From: Chara braunii
Taxonomy: Eukaryota > Plantae > Charophyceae
Assembly (NCBI GenBank): GCA_003427395.1
Contig: BFEA01000041.1
Span: 2,680,396 to 2,744,395 of the forward strand
Length of the DNA stretch: 64,000 nucleotides
Direction: 5' to 3'
A model generated the notes under the pieces. The model had not been told where the DNA came from and did not search any database. It saw nothing but the letters and a program-made list of their open reading frames with translations. Both the position numbers and the translations under genes were made by a program. Positions 49,280 through 63,127 of the stretch are shown one piece after another (the stretch's first letter is position 1; the number at the start of each line of letters is the position of its first letter).

Positions 49280-50680
49280 TAATTGGAGATATACATAGCA
49301 TAGAAATAAAATCGGTCTAGTAACACACTCTCCCTGTACGGATAACCACGTTTTGCATTAAAAACTTTTCTGACGATATATGCAATAGTTTTATTGATTA
49401 AGTTAATTCTTCCGATTTTTTCTTGTACCATGTAAAGATTCTACACGAGGACGACATTGTTCGAAAATATCTGCGGTGATAATCCTGTGGTGAAAATCCC
49501 TGGAATAATAAAAACCCTCAATTGGTAAAATCCCTTGAAAGGTAAAAATCTCACGAATGTTATAACCCCCTTTTTTTTTATTTTTTTTTACTCTCCAAAT
49601 TAGTATCAGTACTTCAGACTTTTTTTTCGCTACTATTTCGCAAGCAAACATAATTGGGCACATATATAGCATAAAAACAAAACCGGTTCAGTTGCACACT
49701 TTACCTATACGGATAATCACGCCTTTTTTTGCCGTTGCAATCGTACTATTGGTTGACTTAATTTTCCGATGTCATACGAAAATTATGCGTGAAGGCTATA
49801 TTAGTTTGAAAAACACCTATAGTGAAAATACTGTGATTAAAGCCCCTCGAATGGTAAAATCCCTCGAACGGTGAAAATCTCACGAATGTTATAATGTTAT
49901 AACCCCCCTTTAAAAAGAAAAAAAAAAATCATTCTCCAAATTAGTATCAGTACTTCAAACTTTTTTCTTCGCTACGATTTCACAAGCAAACATAATTGGG
50001 CACATATATAGAGTAAAAACAAAACCGGTTCAGTTGCACACTTTGCCTATACAGGTAATCACGCCTCCCTTTTTTTTGTCGTTGCAATCGTACTATTGGT
50101 TGACTTAATTTTCGATGCCATACAAAAATTTTACGCGAATGATATATCATTGGAAGATACCTACAACAAAAATATTGTGATTAAAGCCCCTCGAAAAGTA
50201 AAATCCCTCGAATGATGAGAATTCCTCGAGTAATATAATCCCCCGAATGTTTTCGCCTTCCCTCTTCCTCAACCTGGTATCTGTACTTCATAACTTTTTT
50301 TTCGCTGTTATTGTATAAGCAAACATAACTGAACACATATATAGCGAAATCGGCACACTTTTTGCATGAAATTTTTTAAATTCGGTGCTATATGCAACCG
50401 TATGGTTGAATAGGTTAATTTTCTGATTTTTCTTGAGTTGTATAAAAATTTTACGTGAGGGCGATATCGTTCGTAAATACCCATGGTAAAAATCCTGTGA
50501 TGAAGATCCCTCGAATGGTAAAAACCCTCGAATGATAAAAAGCCCCCGGTATCGTGAAATCCCTCGAATGGTTTTTTCGCTCTCCGTTTTTTCAATTTAG
50601 TATTGGCGTTTCGCCGCCATTTCACAAACAAAATTGGGCATACATACATAGCGAAAAAACAGGCTTGCACATTTCGCTAT
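49280..50680. repeat. Degenerate AT-rich tandem array, ~4 x 310-370 bp, with internal AAAATCCCTCGAATGGT subrepeats
   Basis: CACATATATAG-like anchor at ~49290, 49659, 50001, 50334 and 50640. Confidence 0.8.
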
Positions 50681-51218
50681 AGTTTCTTCAGTTAAGGAAA
50701 GACCTGAAGATAGGATGTATCAATGAGATGTCATGTTTTGTCCTTTCTTTTTTGTTCCAACACATTTTTTTGCCCGCCCCGCTGCGACATCATCCCGTAA
50801 ACCTAACAAATCTTATCACCCGATTATTCGCGCTAGTAAATTCTAGCGACTTGGGCTCATACATGCTGAAGCAGCATGAAAACTATTCTAAAGACGCAAC
50901 ATTTTTAACGATAGGCTTGGTTTCCATCCCAGCCATCAAGGAGGACGCGTATTTTAAACACTCTCGCAGTAAACAACCACTTTAGTTTATTGACGAACTA
51001 TGCGTCAATATTCAATACTTATGCAGGTAAGTTAGTTCAGTAGGTTGCATAATCAATTTGCGGCCCGGACTGGGTTTTTTCGTACATGATCAATCTGTGA
51101 ATATGAACATAGGAGATTCAGTTTTTTTTTTAATGTAAATACATCTTGCTCTTTTTCGTAAGTTGCGTGCTGTTTTTTTAGGAATAAGGTCGCTGGTTGG
51201 TATTCACATCGTCTCGTG

Positions 51219-51638
51219 CTACGTTGCATAGAGTACACGTACGGGGCCTTTCCGTACAAAGCGTACAGGTAATATCTGTACGGGAACTTGTACGGAAACT
51301 TGTACGTCTTGTACGCCCCCGTACGAAAAGCAAAAAAAAAAAAAAAAAAAAGGTCATCAAAAAAATCCGAAAAACAAATATGTGATGCATCAGCATAAAA
51401 CAAGCAACATTTGACTGAGCATCATCTTCAGATTCTTATTAGAATTTGAGAGAAAAAAATAAAAAAATACCGGATTTAAAAAAAATAAAAANNNNNNNNN
51501 NNNNNNNNNNNNNNNNNNNNNNNNNNNNNNNNNNNNNNNNNNNNNNNNNNNNNNNNNNNNNNNNACGGGGTCCCTAGCGTACGAGTACAAGAGTACGAAT
51601 CCGTACTCGTACGAGGGTGCATCCAAGTGGCAACGCAG
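51219..51638. mobile_element. hAT-like MITE, GTAC-rich (contains gap 51492-51564)
   Basis: TIR CTACGTTGC / GCAACGCAG; perfect 8-bp TSD GTCTCGTG at 51211-51218 and 51639-51646. Confidence 0.85.
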
Positions 51639-52064
51639 GTCTCGTGACTTAAGCTCGTCATCGTTCAAAGCTTATACGGGCAAATTAGTCCAGTAGGTCG
51701 CATAATCAGTATACGGATTTTCGCATACATGATCTGTCTGGGAGTATGTACATAGGAGGCTGGGTGTTTCATATATATAAATGCATCTTACTTATCAAAA
51801 TAATTCGTAGGTAGCGGGCTACTTTTTCAGGAATGAGATTGTTGTTGATACCCGCAGCGTCTCCCTAGCACTGTTAAGGAATTGCTTTGCCAGTAAATAA
51901 GAGCCTCATATAAAGTTTACAGGGTCGACCAAACTCTTGAAGTCATCCCCTGATAACGACACGACTTACCAAAATTGCATAAAATATTTATAAGCGCACA
52001 TTGAATATAAACATGCTTCCTTGATAACCCGCCCTTTCAGAAAACCTCACTCGTTGACGACATA

Positions 52065-52712
52065 GGAATCCGACGAGGATGGCCGCAAGCGGAGGCTGTG
52101 TAATCGCTGCTCGACTTCGGTTCAGAATCGTCGGATAAATCCCGAAGCCCAGTACGCCTGGTACCGGTGGCACTCTTCGCACGATGGGCGGGGCCAATAG
52201 CGAGCTATGGAATTCCATGGTACCACTGTGAGCTGGTGATAGGGAAGGAGGAGATGGAAGGGAGGGAAACTGCTATTAATAACCACAAAGCCCGGAGATA
52301 TGTAATATTGAGTGTTGTCAGTATCTGGATAGTCAGGGCCCCTAGGATCGCTGGTTATGGCCCAGTGGAAATCCCCCTCACACATCCGGTCGTTCTCTGT
52401 CAGAAAGGGGAACTCCGGGTTTCTCAAGTTTCCCTGTCGTCTAAGATGCTCACCTTCCCAATACTCGCGATACTCCGGATCCCTCAATGGATTTGAGGTC
52501 GACTCATGCAGTTGCGCGCGTACACTGCGACTCAATTTTCTGGAGATCACGGTCGCACGTGAGCGTGCAAATGAGCGAAAGCGGATCGGTCCTGGGTTCA
52601 GTGTACCTATTGTGTTCGTCTTGCATGCAACTATCCTACTCATGCTATGTTGGGTGAGATTAAGACATTACATTCGTATCCATGTCATTCATGTGAGGAA
52701 AAGGAGAGAAAA
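52065..52712 (-). repeat. Partial 3' LTR-like segment of A2, carrying the LTR ORF
   Basis: Direct repeat of 61565-62285 with one indel; the similarity stops at both ends. Confidence 0.75.
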
Positions 52713-53279
52713 AGGGAAAGGACAATCAACACCTCACAGTATTCTTGGTGATCTGATGACGATAGAAGACTAACGATTAAACCCAATATCCATAGCGATT
52801 GCTTCTAATCAGATCTGAGAGTATTGCTCATGCATATGGATAACAGAAGGTGACAAAATTTGAATTAAACAGGTATCGCAAAATAAGACTGGAGATCCGA
52901 AAAGATCACTAACGAAAAACAATTCACAGCCAGAGGAAAGCGAGGGTGCCGACGTTGATGGGGGAGAGAGGCGAGGTAGTCAGGGTAGAGGGTGCAAAGG
53001 GTGCGGCGGATGGCAGCGAGGAAATCGTTATATTCCTCGCCCGCGATGACGCAAAAGACCTCTATATTATTATACTCCTGCCAATCCACGCTAAAAAAAA
53101 GGACGTGGAGAGAAGTGACGAGCGAGCGAGTAGCAGAGTGCAGGAAGATGGTGACCAGAAGGCGGGTGGCGTAGCGGTGGTGGAAGAGGGAGAGTGGGAA
53201 CGGTTGCCACCCATCGGGGAACGAGGGTCGTCCTGGGAGCTGTCAGAGGGTGAGGAAGTCACGGGGATGACGGGATAAT

Positions 53280-54826
53280 GACCGGGGACGAAGCCCGAGC
53301 GCCCGCATCTCGACCTAGACGAAGTGCTGCGGGTGAAACTGAGGAGGATTGGGAGGGCCATTCACTTCTTCAGCGGCGCTGGCTTCTCGATCCCTCTGTT
53401 GTGGCGCCTCCATTTCTCTCGGTCTCCTCTCGTGGCGGTTCTGGATTGAGAGTCAGATCGCCCTGCAGCAGTTGCTGTGGTGGCCCTCCTGATTCCTCAA
53501 TCGGCCGCTTGCCTTCTGCGGCCGCCCATTTCCTTTGTGCCATGGCCTCCCTTTCTTCGTTGCTTAGCTCGTCGGGACCGCTCGATTCACCCGATCCACC
53601 TTCTTCTTCCTCCGTCTCTGTCCATTCCGAACTGGCTTCTTCCGACTCGGCGCCCTCTGATTCTCGATAGTCGGGATCGTCTGATTCAGCCCCCGATTCC
53701 TCTTCTTCCGGCGTCTCCTCTCCTTCCGTATACTGAAGATGATCGCCCTCCTCGGCTTCCTCTTCTTCCTCCTTCTCGACTTCCTCGCTGGTCTCTCCTA
53801 CGTTCACTCACCGAATAAGAGGATCCCAGGATGAGAGATCAGGTATGCACCTCTAGAGGGTAAGTAGTAGCTACCCTCCTCCTATTCCGTACTGGTGGAC
53901 CAAAGAAGATGCGGCTCCAGGGTACTACGAGCGAGCGTGGCTGTTCTCGGCTTCTCGTCACAATCTGAGAGGATGTCCAATGGCAGATCGTCCAACACTT
54001 GGGTTAGAAGCACCAGCAGCTCGTCCGTAATGGAGCTCAGATGGCTGTCGCGCACCACTCCGAATAAGATCCCCAAAAAATCTCCCTCCGTGTCCGTTCT
54101 CCACCCCTGGATGAGCACCAATTCCACCTCGTCGTCCGGGGTCTCGTCCTCCACACTCCTGTCTACGGGTTCCGCCCAATGGAAGGCGACCTCGAGGAGG
54201 CAAAAACTGAGCGTCACATAGGCTTGCCACCACTGCGTCCACTTGACCGCGTCTAGAATCGACACATCCAATTGCTTGATCATGAAAGACAGAGACGCTT
54301 CCTCGACATATTGCCAAAACGTGGGAACATTAGAAGGGAGGCTGAAGGTAGAGAGACGGTGGCGGTTTATTGAGGTCGTGAGAAGGGACGAAGCACAGGA
54401 AGGGCGACCTCTGGCGCGGTGGAGGAGACCCGAAGCTGAAGATCGATGTCGTTCGTTGTTACGACGCTATCGCGAGGTCGAGCCAATAGTCGCACCCACT
54501 CAGTCGTGATGCGTGCTGCCCAGCCTCGTGTGTCGTGCTGGATGCTGTGTCGTGATGTCGCCTGTAAAGACGACAATGACCGACATATGGCTCTCGCCGA
54601 GTGGGGACAGGCACAAAAAGGCTAACACCTCGGCCAACACTCGTGCCACCCCAGACTACCCGAACTGGAACCCCGCCACCTCGTGGATGTCCGCTGTACT
54701 GAAGAAGGCCGCGAATCGTAGAAGATCTACACTCAACCGAGAATGCCGTACTTGTCGGATTGCCGAGAAGGCTCCTCCGGATACCATTAGACGCTCGCTG
54801 ATCACCTCCTCCGTCGAAAAGCTCAT
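53280..54826 (-). pseudogene. Extra ORF downstream of integrase with an acidic C-terminal part (broken)
   Basis: Starts at the ATGA overlap (54823-54826); same-strand fragments 53882..54283 and Glu-rich 53370..53807. Confidence 0.6.
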
Positions 54827-56541
54827 GGCGATGGAGGCGGAGTCGAATACGATGGTTGAGAGAGAAAGGAGGATTCTAGAGAGTCGTCGTCCTCGTCTTG
54901 GTCGAGGGACGATGCAGATGATGGAGAAGAAGGGGAAGAGGGGAGAGGACGAAGGTAGGACACGTGTCGAACGATCGGATGAGTCGATCGACTCCCCGAC
55001 ACCTCCGACACAAGCCACACCATGTTCACCCCACTGGGACCAAGCTCGACCACGCGAAATCGCTCGAAGAATCGTGGCGCTAGCTTGCCTTGGCGAGCAC
55101 ATTTCCTCACTTGCACGATGTCCCCTAATTTATATTGGGGCCGAGGCCCAACGTTTCCATTCCGGGCCTCGTAACTCCGGACCTGTCTCCCATGGGCCAT
55201 TTCTGTCATTCGTTGTCTTTTTCGGGCCAGTCGGGGGAGGCCCTTTTCCATCAGTTCTAGGTGGCGTTGGGCCTTATCCTTAACCGTCGCCCTAGTCGTC
55301 CGTCGCGGAAGGGCCGTCTCATCATTTAGGATCGGTAGGGCTACATAGGGCAGGTTATTGGTCCGTAGTTGGAAGGGGGTCAGACCCGTGGACTCGTGGG
55401 TTGTCCCCGGTGGATAGTCAAGATATGGTCCACGATATCAGGCCAAGGCCTCGTATCATTTGCCGCAATATTGCGTCGCAGGGCGGTCTTAATCACTCGA
55501 TTGGCGTTCTCTACCAATCCGTTGGATTGCGACATGTGGGAAGCAGTGTTACGGATGAAGACACCATGTAGGACTAGGTTCCTCAAGACTTCCCCTCTAA
55601 ATTCTGCCCCATTGTCCGTCAGGATCTCCTCGGTATCCTGGCGCATCCCGAGAAAAAGGTTGACATATCGCGCGATTTCGGCCGCCTGTCGCGTCTTACA
55701 TGGATAGGCCTCGATCCATTTCGAGAGATGGTCTACAAATACCAGTAGAATTGAATACTCGCAGCTATTAGGTCCAGGGGGAACGACAATATCTGTGGTA
55801 TCCATACTAACCCTTCGGAATGGTCGTTCGACTACGGTAGGCACTATCGACCTAGGCGGCTGAATTGGCGTCTTGTCAGCAGCACATACCTTAGACCTGA
55901 CAATTTCGGACGATGAACTTAATATCGTCGCGAATGTTGGACCAGTACCACTCGTTTTTATCGATTGCTGCCTCCGTGATTATGATAGCAAAATGGACCG
56001 CAGTCTCCTCGTGGGCTGACTTAACCGAGTCATACCTTATGAACGGATGAGGGACAGACATTCAAATCCTGCTTCCGTCCGTTTTTTGTTTTTCTAACAG
56101 TCCCTCATTCCATCGGTCATCTTGAACCCTCTTATTGGCCCGTCTCCGGTCCTCCTTTGTGAATTTTCGGAGAGGGTCTCCAACCACTGTAGCTATCAGG
56201 ACGATAACTGTCCAAACTTCAGCCCTTTTAAACCGTCGGGTCTTTTCTAGTCCTTCAGACGTGGCTTCGAGAAATCGAGCCTCCGTCGGGATTTTATCAG
56301 TGCGACACAAAGGACACAACCAGGGTCTGTCCGTATTCCGGTACTGGATACAAGAACCATGGGCTTGGGAAACACATCGCTGACAATCTATCCACTCGAC
56401 ATAGCCCTCCCCGCTCGGTCGCATAGGGACCGAGACTCTCGAGATTGCCTCACAAAACTAGCAAAATTTGTCAGGTAGGGAGGAGAAGGAGGAGGATGAG
56501 AGAGGAGAAATGGGACCTTCGGGGTTACCTCCACGCCCCAT
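54823..56541 (-). pseudogene. PHD finger-integrase (broken)
   Basis: FC*FC..WIDCQRC....HGSC..WLCPLC in frame (through one stop) with HEETAVH; MDTTD..TDNG..SNGLVENANR. Confidence 0.85.
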
Positions 56542-56555
56542 CGTCATCGTATCAA

Positions 56556-59440
56556 TTACCTCTTAGGAGCTCGTGGAAGGATGGCCACTAGTCCGTAGGA
56601 ACGCTCGTTGGTTGGTTCTGGTTCCTTCCACGGGGTAATTTCCTCACTTTTAATCACCCTGTTAGGTCGGTGCAGACGTGTCAAAGACGTCAACATTCCC
56701 GTGCTTCTCCGTCTTCCGATGGATGATATCGAAATCGTACTCTTGCAATCGCACCGCCCAATGTCCAATCACACCCGTGTAGTTGGTGAGCCTCTTGAGG
56801 GCTAGCAAGGGCTCATAATCCGTGACGAGGAGGAACTTCTGTCCGTAAAGATGCGGATGAAAATGTTGAATTCCCCAAACCACTGCGTAACACTCTCCCT
56901 GAGGAGCTGAATCGTTTCTCCTCTCATTAGGCATTGTCCGATAAGTGTACTCAATGACGTGTTCACGACCGTCTTTCCTCTTCTGGGCTAGAATAGCGGA
57001 GACCGCTTCAGGCTGCCAGTCCGTAATGAGTATGAACTGCTTTTGCGGGTCCGAACGGATCAAAATAGGCGCAGTAACCAGGGTGTGCTTCAAGGTGACA
57101 AAGGCCCGCTCGCACTCGGTGTTCCTTTGTAGGGCTGGTCCTTACGCAACAGATTCATTAGAGGTCGTGCGATTACTGCGAAACCCTGTGTAAGTGACGT
57201 AGGCGTGGGAACCTCTCAGACAGTCGCAACCTTTCTCGAATCTGGCCTTAACCCGCCTCGTGTTACTATGTAACCCAAGAGTGAGATTTCCGAGAGGAAG
57301 AACTCACTATTTTCCAGTGCAATTTTAAACCCAGCATCCCGCAGTGCTCCCAGCGTCCACGCAATATATTGCGCATGCCTGTGAAATGATTCCGAATAGA
57401 CCAGAATATCATCAATGTACACGATGACGCAAAAATTAATCATCCCCTGCGTCAGTCGGGTCTTGTTAACGAAATTCTAAAAAGTCACGTTCATCGCCCT
57501 TCGGAACGTGGCTAGTGCATTGCAGATTCCAATCGGATAACGAATCCACTGCCATGTGCCCTCGAACAATACGAAGGCCGTCTTCGGCCGATCCTCCTCT
57601 CTAACCAAGATGTGATAAAATCCATGACGAATATCAAACTTACTGAAATAACAAATCATCAATCCGGGAAAGAGGATACACATCCTTGATCGTGATATCA
57701 TTCAATTTTCGGTAATCAATGCAAATGCGAATCGACCCACTCTTTTTCGGGACTAAGACCACGGGAAATGACCAAGGTCCTTGTTGCTGGTTCGATCGAT
57801 CCATTAGCCTCAAACTCCCTAATCCTTTGTAGCGCAATTTTTCTTTCTGTGAGAGAATATCGGTACGACTTACAGTGCATCGAGGGATGCGTTCCGGTCT
57901 GAACCTCGTGTTGAATAAAGATAATCCAATATCCGTATCCGTTACGCTAATCACATCTTGATATTCAATCAGGATATCCGTAATTAGTCGATGGGTTCCG
58001 TTAGGTACATATTGAGGCACATGCAGTTCGTACGGCTTTCCATGTATGGTAACCGCCACGTGTTTAATGTTCACTCTGTAGTTGTTCTCAGTAGGGGGAC
58101 CAGAAATGAAGGCGTTATCCGACCGCCAGAAGAACACGGTGGAAACCATCTCAGCGTCTTCTTCTCGAATGGCTACGTGTTCCTCCGGGGTCACACCGTC
58201 GCTGATGTCTTGCCAGGGAACCGACTTTTCGGCGATCTTGATCCGGAGCTCGTAGGGCGTAGGGTCGTCGCGCTCAGGGGGTTCCAAAGCTTCACTTTCG
58301 GCCCCTAAGCGTAACAATCGAACCTCCTTGTCGGATGTGAGTAGGGAACGAGGCAGCGCTGTAATGTTGCAGAAAGCCTTCATCTCTCGGTATCTCGAAA
58401 GAAGTGGGGTCGTGGCTTCGTACAGGGTTCGAGGGGGTTTCAAAGAGTCGACCATCCGGGATACTTGTACGAGGGGTTCTCCAAAAATTGAAGCCCAAGT
58501 TCGTTGCAGGTTTCTTTCCGTTAGGACGAATGTTTTGGAAGTCTTCTGTTGGATTTGATATCGAATCAGTTGTCGGGTCGTATCAAGATCAACTTCATTT
58601 TCGCTATCAGATTCGTTGGAGGAACTATGTTCCTCATCCTCATGCTCGACTTTCCGAGTTGGTATTCCCACGTGATTACTCGGAGAGCGACCCCGGGGGT
58701 CGGAACAACTTTCTGAGTCGTGGGCATCATGGTTCGCAGAGTTAGGCGCATTGGAATAACATACGGTTTCGCGCCTGTACTTCGTAGGATTATTGATCGT
58801 CGTTCGAAGTCCAGATTGGCCCGTAGCGCGACGAGCGTCGGTAATCCCAGAAGTACATCGTAGGTATTGACATCCAATACTACCACATCCCCAAAAGTAT
58901 GAATCTTTCCCAACCGAAAAGCGACATTTGTCATTCTTCCCACTGCTTTTATCTTTTCTTCATCCGCAAGGACGAGATGGTCTTTCTCGGTTAGCGTGAT
59001 CAGATCTTTCCGTCACCCTGCCTTTTCCACTACCCTCAGTGATATGGCCAAAACGGCTGCTCCTGAATCGATGACAGTATTGTACGAGACTCCTCATACT
59101 TTGATATCACATTCCGCGGATTTCCACGGAATGGCTTTGATGCGTAAGAATACTAAGAAATGATTATCTTTCTGGATTAGTCCCAACTGTATTGGGTCAG
59201 GAGTGCTGGGGTTTTCGAGCTTGTCATCGGGGGCGGGGGCTTTCCCCTTTGTCGTTGTCACTTTATTGAGAGCGAATCGTTTTCAATTCGCCTTGCAATA
59301 TTGCAGCATGCGTTCATTAGCTTGTTCTGATATAGACAGCAAGTGGCCAATCGGCAATGGAATCCGGTGGTCTAAGGCTCGAACAATGTTCAAAACGTCG
59401 ATTTTTCCTGTTACGAAGGTAGGACCGCCGGACTCCATTT
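56556..59440 (-). pseudogene. pol: pol: protease, RT and RNase H (broken)
   Basis: VIDSGA near 59065; [21 protein letters not shown]; YIDD; FILITDWQ. Confidence 0.9.
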
Positions 59441-59456
59441 CGTTTGGGGAAGGTCT

Positions 59457-60680
59457 TCATTCGGCTACTTCCTTTCGCTCGTCCGCCGGTCGTATGGTTC
59501 CGATCATCACTAACCTTGGATATCCTAGGGCTATATATTGATCAAGCAGGATAAGCTCTGCTGCTTCCTCGGTAGTAGCTATCATGCTTCCCCCGCCTCC
59601 TATATCCTCAAGCATCGTTCCTGCCCTTCCTGGACCTTTGGCCACTGGCGCAGCGACCACAAGAGCAACCTTGACTCGAGCTTGCACAGCCCGGTGTGGA
59701 AAGTCCGGGGCGATATGTCCCGGCTGATGACATGTGTAGCAGACACTCAGATTGGTTACCATCCCTCCCACTGGTTGAGCGGGGGCAATGCCTTGTGCCA
59801 CGGGGGCAGCTCTAACAGCAATGGGGCGCATCGATTGCATCAAGGATTTTATCCGAGCGTTAAACTCTCGTTGTTCCTTCTTGCTTTCTTGTATTAGGTT
59901 GACTAAAGTCCGGGTCAACTCTAGCATCGTGTTCGGCTCACCGACTCTATTCGTCGTATCGGGGAGGGGAGCAAGAACGGGTACGACAGGTACAGGAGTG
60001 GCGATCGCTGGCATGGGCAATCCCATGGTTGCATCCGCTCCGTTTTTTTTTGTTACAATATGTTCCAAATAGGTGACAGGACCAGAGACAAAACCCATGT
60101 TTTCGAATTTATTTTGAAGCGCGGCCAGCTCGGCCCTTTCTCTAGCTAGCTCCGAGGAGTCTCCCTCTCTAGGATAATCTTCCCCTTCTCGGAAGCTGGA
60201 GCCTGGTGGCTAATTTCCGCTCCATTTCTTCTGTCGCAGACATAATCCGCTGCAGAGTATGATTGATCGGGGAGAATTGCTTTTGCAATTTCGCCCTCAT
60301 GGTCCTGCTGCGAAGCCCATCGATGAATAGATCCCTCCGACTTATTCTCCTCGTTCGGTTCTGACACTAACAAACATCCTTTAAAATCGGTTTCGGTATC
60401 CTGTGACAGATTCGAGTGGTTTTTGTACTCGATCCTTAATCATGAACAGGGCTTGTTCCGGATGAATGTAGTCAAATCGGTTCAGGAAATGTCGTTCAAC
60501 AGTTGAGAAATCTACCCAAACGTAAGTGCTAAACCAATAATGCGCGTCTGCTCCCAATCTAGCGGGTATGTTAATTCGAGCTTCATCGTTATCGTATTGT
60601 TGCGCGTGTAGCGTGGCTAGCCATGCCCCAGCCAGATGATGTGCAGGGTCAAAAAGATAGAGATCCGGTGGAGCCATGGG
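59457..60680 (-). pseudogene. gag: gag (broken)
   Basis: Homologous to 8419-9583; knuckle CYTCHQPGHIAPDF has lost its last Cys. Confidence 0.85.
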
Positions 60681-60737
60681 CGCGCAAGCTCGCCGGGCCG
60701 ACACTGGACCAAGATTCGGATTCTGGTTCAGATTCGC

Positions 60738-61079
60738 CTACGTTACCGAACGTACACGTACGGGGCCTTTCCGTACGAAAGGTACAGATAATATCTGTAC
60801 GGGAACCTGTACACCTCCGTACGACCCGTACGAAAAAAAAAAAAAAAAAAAAAAACAAGCCATCCACAAAATCCAAAAAAATTATATGTGATGTAAGATC
60901 CCAGAACAAGCAACATTTGCCAGAGCACCATCTGCAGATTCTTATTAGAATTGGACAAAAAAAAACAAAAACAGTAAAAAAAAATTAAAAACAGTCGTAC
61001 GGGGCCTTGAGTACGAGTTGCGTACAAGAAATGAGTACAACTCATACGCGTACGGGGATGAGTACAAGTTGCAACGTAG
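60738..61079. mobile_element. hAT-like MITE (same family as 51219) inserted in the A2 leader
   Basis: CTACGTT...GCAACGTAG; TSD AGATTCGC / ACATTCGC (7 of 8 match); absent from the equivalent part of A1. Confidence 0.8.
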
Positions 61080-61237
61080 ACATTCGCATTCATATTGGTT
61101 GCCTGCCCCCCATCCGACCTACTTCGTGTTACTATAGGATCGCGGCGTGGCGCGTTCCGATGTCTTGGTCGTCCTCTGATCGCCAGATCGTTCGGTATAA
61201 TCACTTTTCGTGTTAATCCGTAACCCTGCCACGTGTC

Positions 61238-61250
61238 GGCTCCGATACCA
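61238..61250 (-). promoter_or_regulatory. Primer-binding site, tRNA-iMet type
   Basis: Reverse complement TGGTATCGGAGCC, identical to the A1 PBS. Confidence 0.85.
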
Positions 61251-61631
61251 ACGTCACACCCAGCGCGACTTCCTGATCGAAGTGGGATGGGGGCCCGGAA
61301 GTGCAAAAAGGGGGTGTGCCAAGGATTTTAGTAAAGTGGGGGGGGGGGGAGTCCCAGGTCGGAACCGAGATCTCTAGTGGCAAGCTTAGGGACAACGGTG
61401 CAAGATGGTACGCGGAGATCGTAACTGGCATTTCAGCCTTCGGGGATGGGGCTATGGTCTATGCCAGTTGCGTCGCCGCGGCCGGTCCCTTATCTGGTGG
61501 ACCGATGGGACACCATGGTTGTCGCGCTGGGCGAACAGTTGTCGGCGCCGCTCATAACAAGCTTCGGAATCCGACGAGGTTGGCCACAAGCAGAGGCTGT
61601 GTAATTGCTGCTCGGCTTCGGTTCGGGTTCG

Positions 61632-62030
61632 TCAGATAAATCCCGAAGCCCAGTACGCCTGGTACCGCTGACACTGTTCGCACGATGGGCGGGGCCAATA
61701 ACGAGCTATGGAATTCCATAGTACCACTGTGAGCTGGTGATAGGGAAGGAGGAGATGGAAGGGAGGGAAACTGGTATTAATAACGACGAAGCCCAGAGAT
61801 ATGTAATATTGAGTGTTGTCAGTACCAGGATAGTCTAGGCCCCTAGGATCGCTGGTCATGGCCCAATGGAAATGCCCCACGCACAACCGGTCGTTCTCCG
61901 CCAGACAAGGGAATTCTGGGTTTCTCAAGTTTCCCCGTCGTTTGAGATGCTCACCTTCCCAGTATTCGCGATACTCCGGATCCCTCAGGCTCTCACGATC
62001 GGTGATCCAAAAGGGAATTTCCACAGCCAT
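61632..62030 (-). CDS. Conserved LTR-encoded ORF (132 aa, ATG to stop, intact)
   Basis: Homologous to 7458-7790 and 52122-52490; lies 5' of the PBS. Confidence 0.6.
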   Translation of the reverse strand: MAVEIPFWITDRESLRDPEYREYWEGEHLKRRGNLRNPEFPCLAENDRLCVGHFHWAMTSDPRGLDYPGTDNTQYYISLGFVVINTSFPPFHLLLPYHQLTVVLWNSIARYWPRPSCEQCQRYQAYWASGFI

Positions 62031-62330
62031 ATACGGCTAGGGAATTCAGTTTCCTGCATCCTTATGATGGATTCAAGGTCGACTCATGCAGACGCGCACG
62101 TACGCTGCAACTCGGTTTTCTCGAGATCGCGGTCGCACGTGCAAATGAGCGAAAGCGGATCGGTCCTGGGTTCAGTGTACCGATTGCGTTCGTCTTGCAT
62201 GCAACTATCCTACTCATGCTAGGTTGGGTGAGATCCAGATATTACACTCATATCCATGCCATTCATGTGACGAAAAGGAGAGAAAGAATTCAAGAATTCA
62301 AAAAGTTGGTAAAAAAAAAAAAAAAAAAAA

Positions 62331-63004
62331 NNNNNNNNNNNNNNNNNNNNNNNNNNNNNNNNNNNNNNNNNNNNNNNNNNNNNNNNNNNNNNNNNNNNNN
62401 NNNNNNNNNNNNNNNNNNNNNNNNNNNNNNNNNNNNNNNNNNNNNNNNNNNNNNNNNNNNNNNNNNNNNNNNNNNNNNNNNNNNNNNNNNNNNNNNNNNN
62501 NNNNNNNNNNNNNNNNNNNNNNNNNNNNNNNNNNNNNNNNNNNNNNNNNNNNNNNNNNNNNNNNNNNNNNNNNNNNNNNNNNNNNNNNNNNNNNNNNNNN
62601 NNNNNNNNNNNNNNNNNNNNNNNNNNNNNNNNNNNNNNNNNNNNNNNNNNNNNNNNNNNNNNNNNNNNNNNNNNNNNNNNNNNNNNNNNNNNNNNNNNNN
62701 NNNNNNNNNNNNNNNNNNNNNNNNNNNNNNNNNNNNNNNNNNNNNNNNNNNNNNNNNNNNNNNNNNNNNNNNNNNNNNNNNNNNNNNNNNNNNNNNNNNN
62801 NNNNNNNNNNNNNNNNNNNNNNNNNNNNNNNNNNNNNNNNNNNNNNNNNNNNNNNNNNNNNNNNNNNNNNNNNNNNNNNNNNNNNNNNNNNNNNNNNNNN
62901 NNNNNNNNNNNNNNNNNNNNNNNNNNNNNNNNNNNNNNNNNNNNNNNNNNNNNNNNNNNNNNNNNNNNNNNNNNNNNNNNNNNNNNNNNNNNNNNNNNNN
63001 NNNN
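62331..63004. other. Assembly gap
   Basis: N run. Confidence 1.
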
Positions 63005-63127
63005 GATCCGGTCATGCAGGCGTTCAGGCCAATTAGAACAGAGTATGCAAGGCGAGGAAGAAGGAGAAGGCGGGCAAACACGAGGAAACCAAGAAAGAAG
63101 AAAGATACAGTTACAATCACGCCAGCC

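Noticed and set aside
54513-55283. 256-aa plus-strand ORF and other antisense ORFs over gag/pol
   Set aside because: Shadow frames of the minus-strand gypsy coding region; no comparable long frame in copy A1
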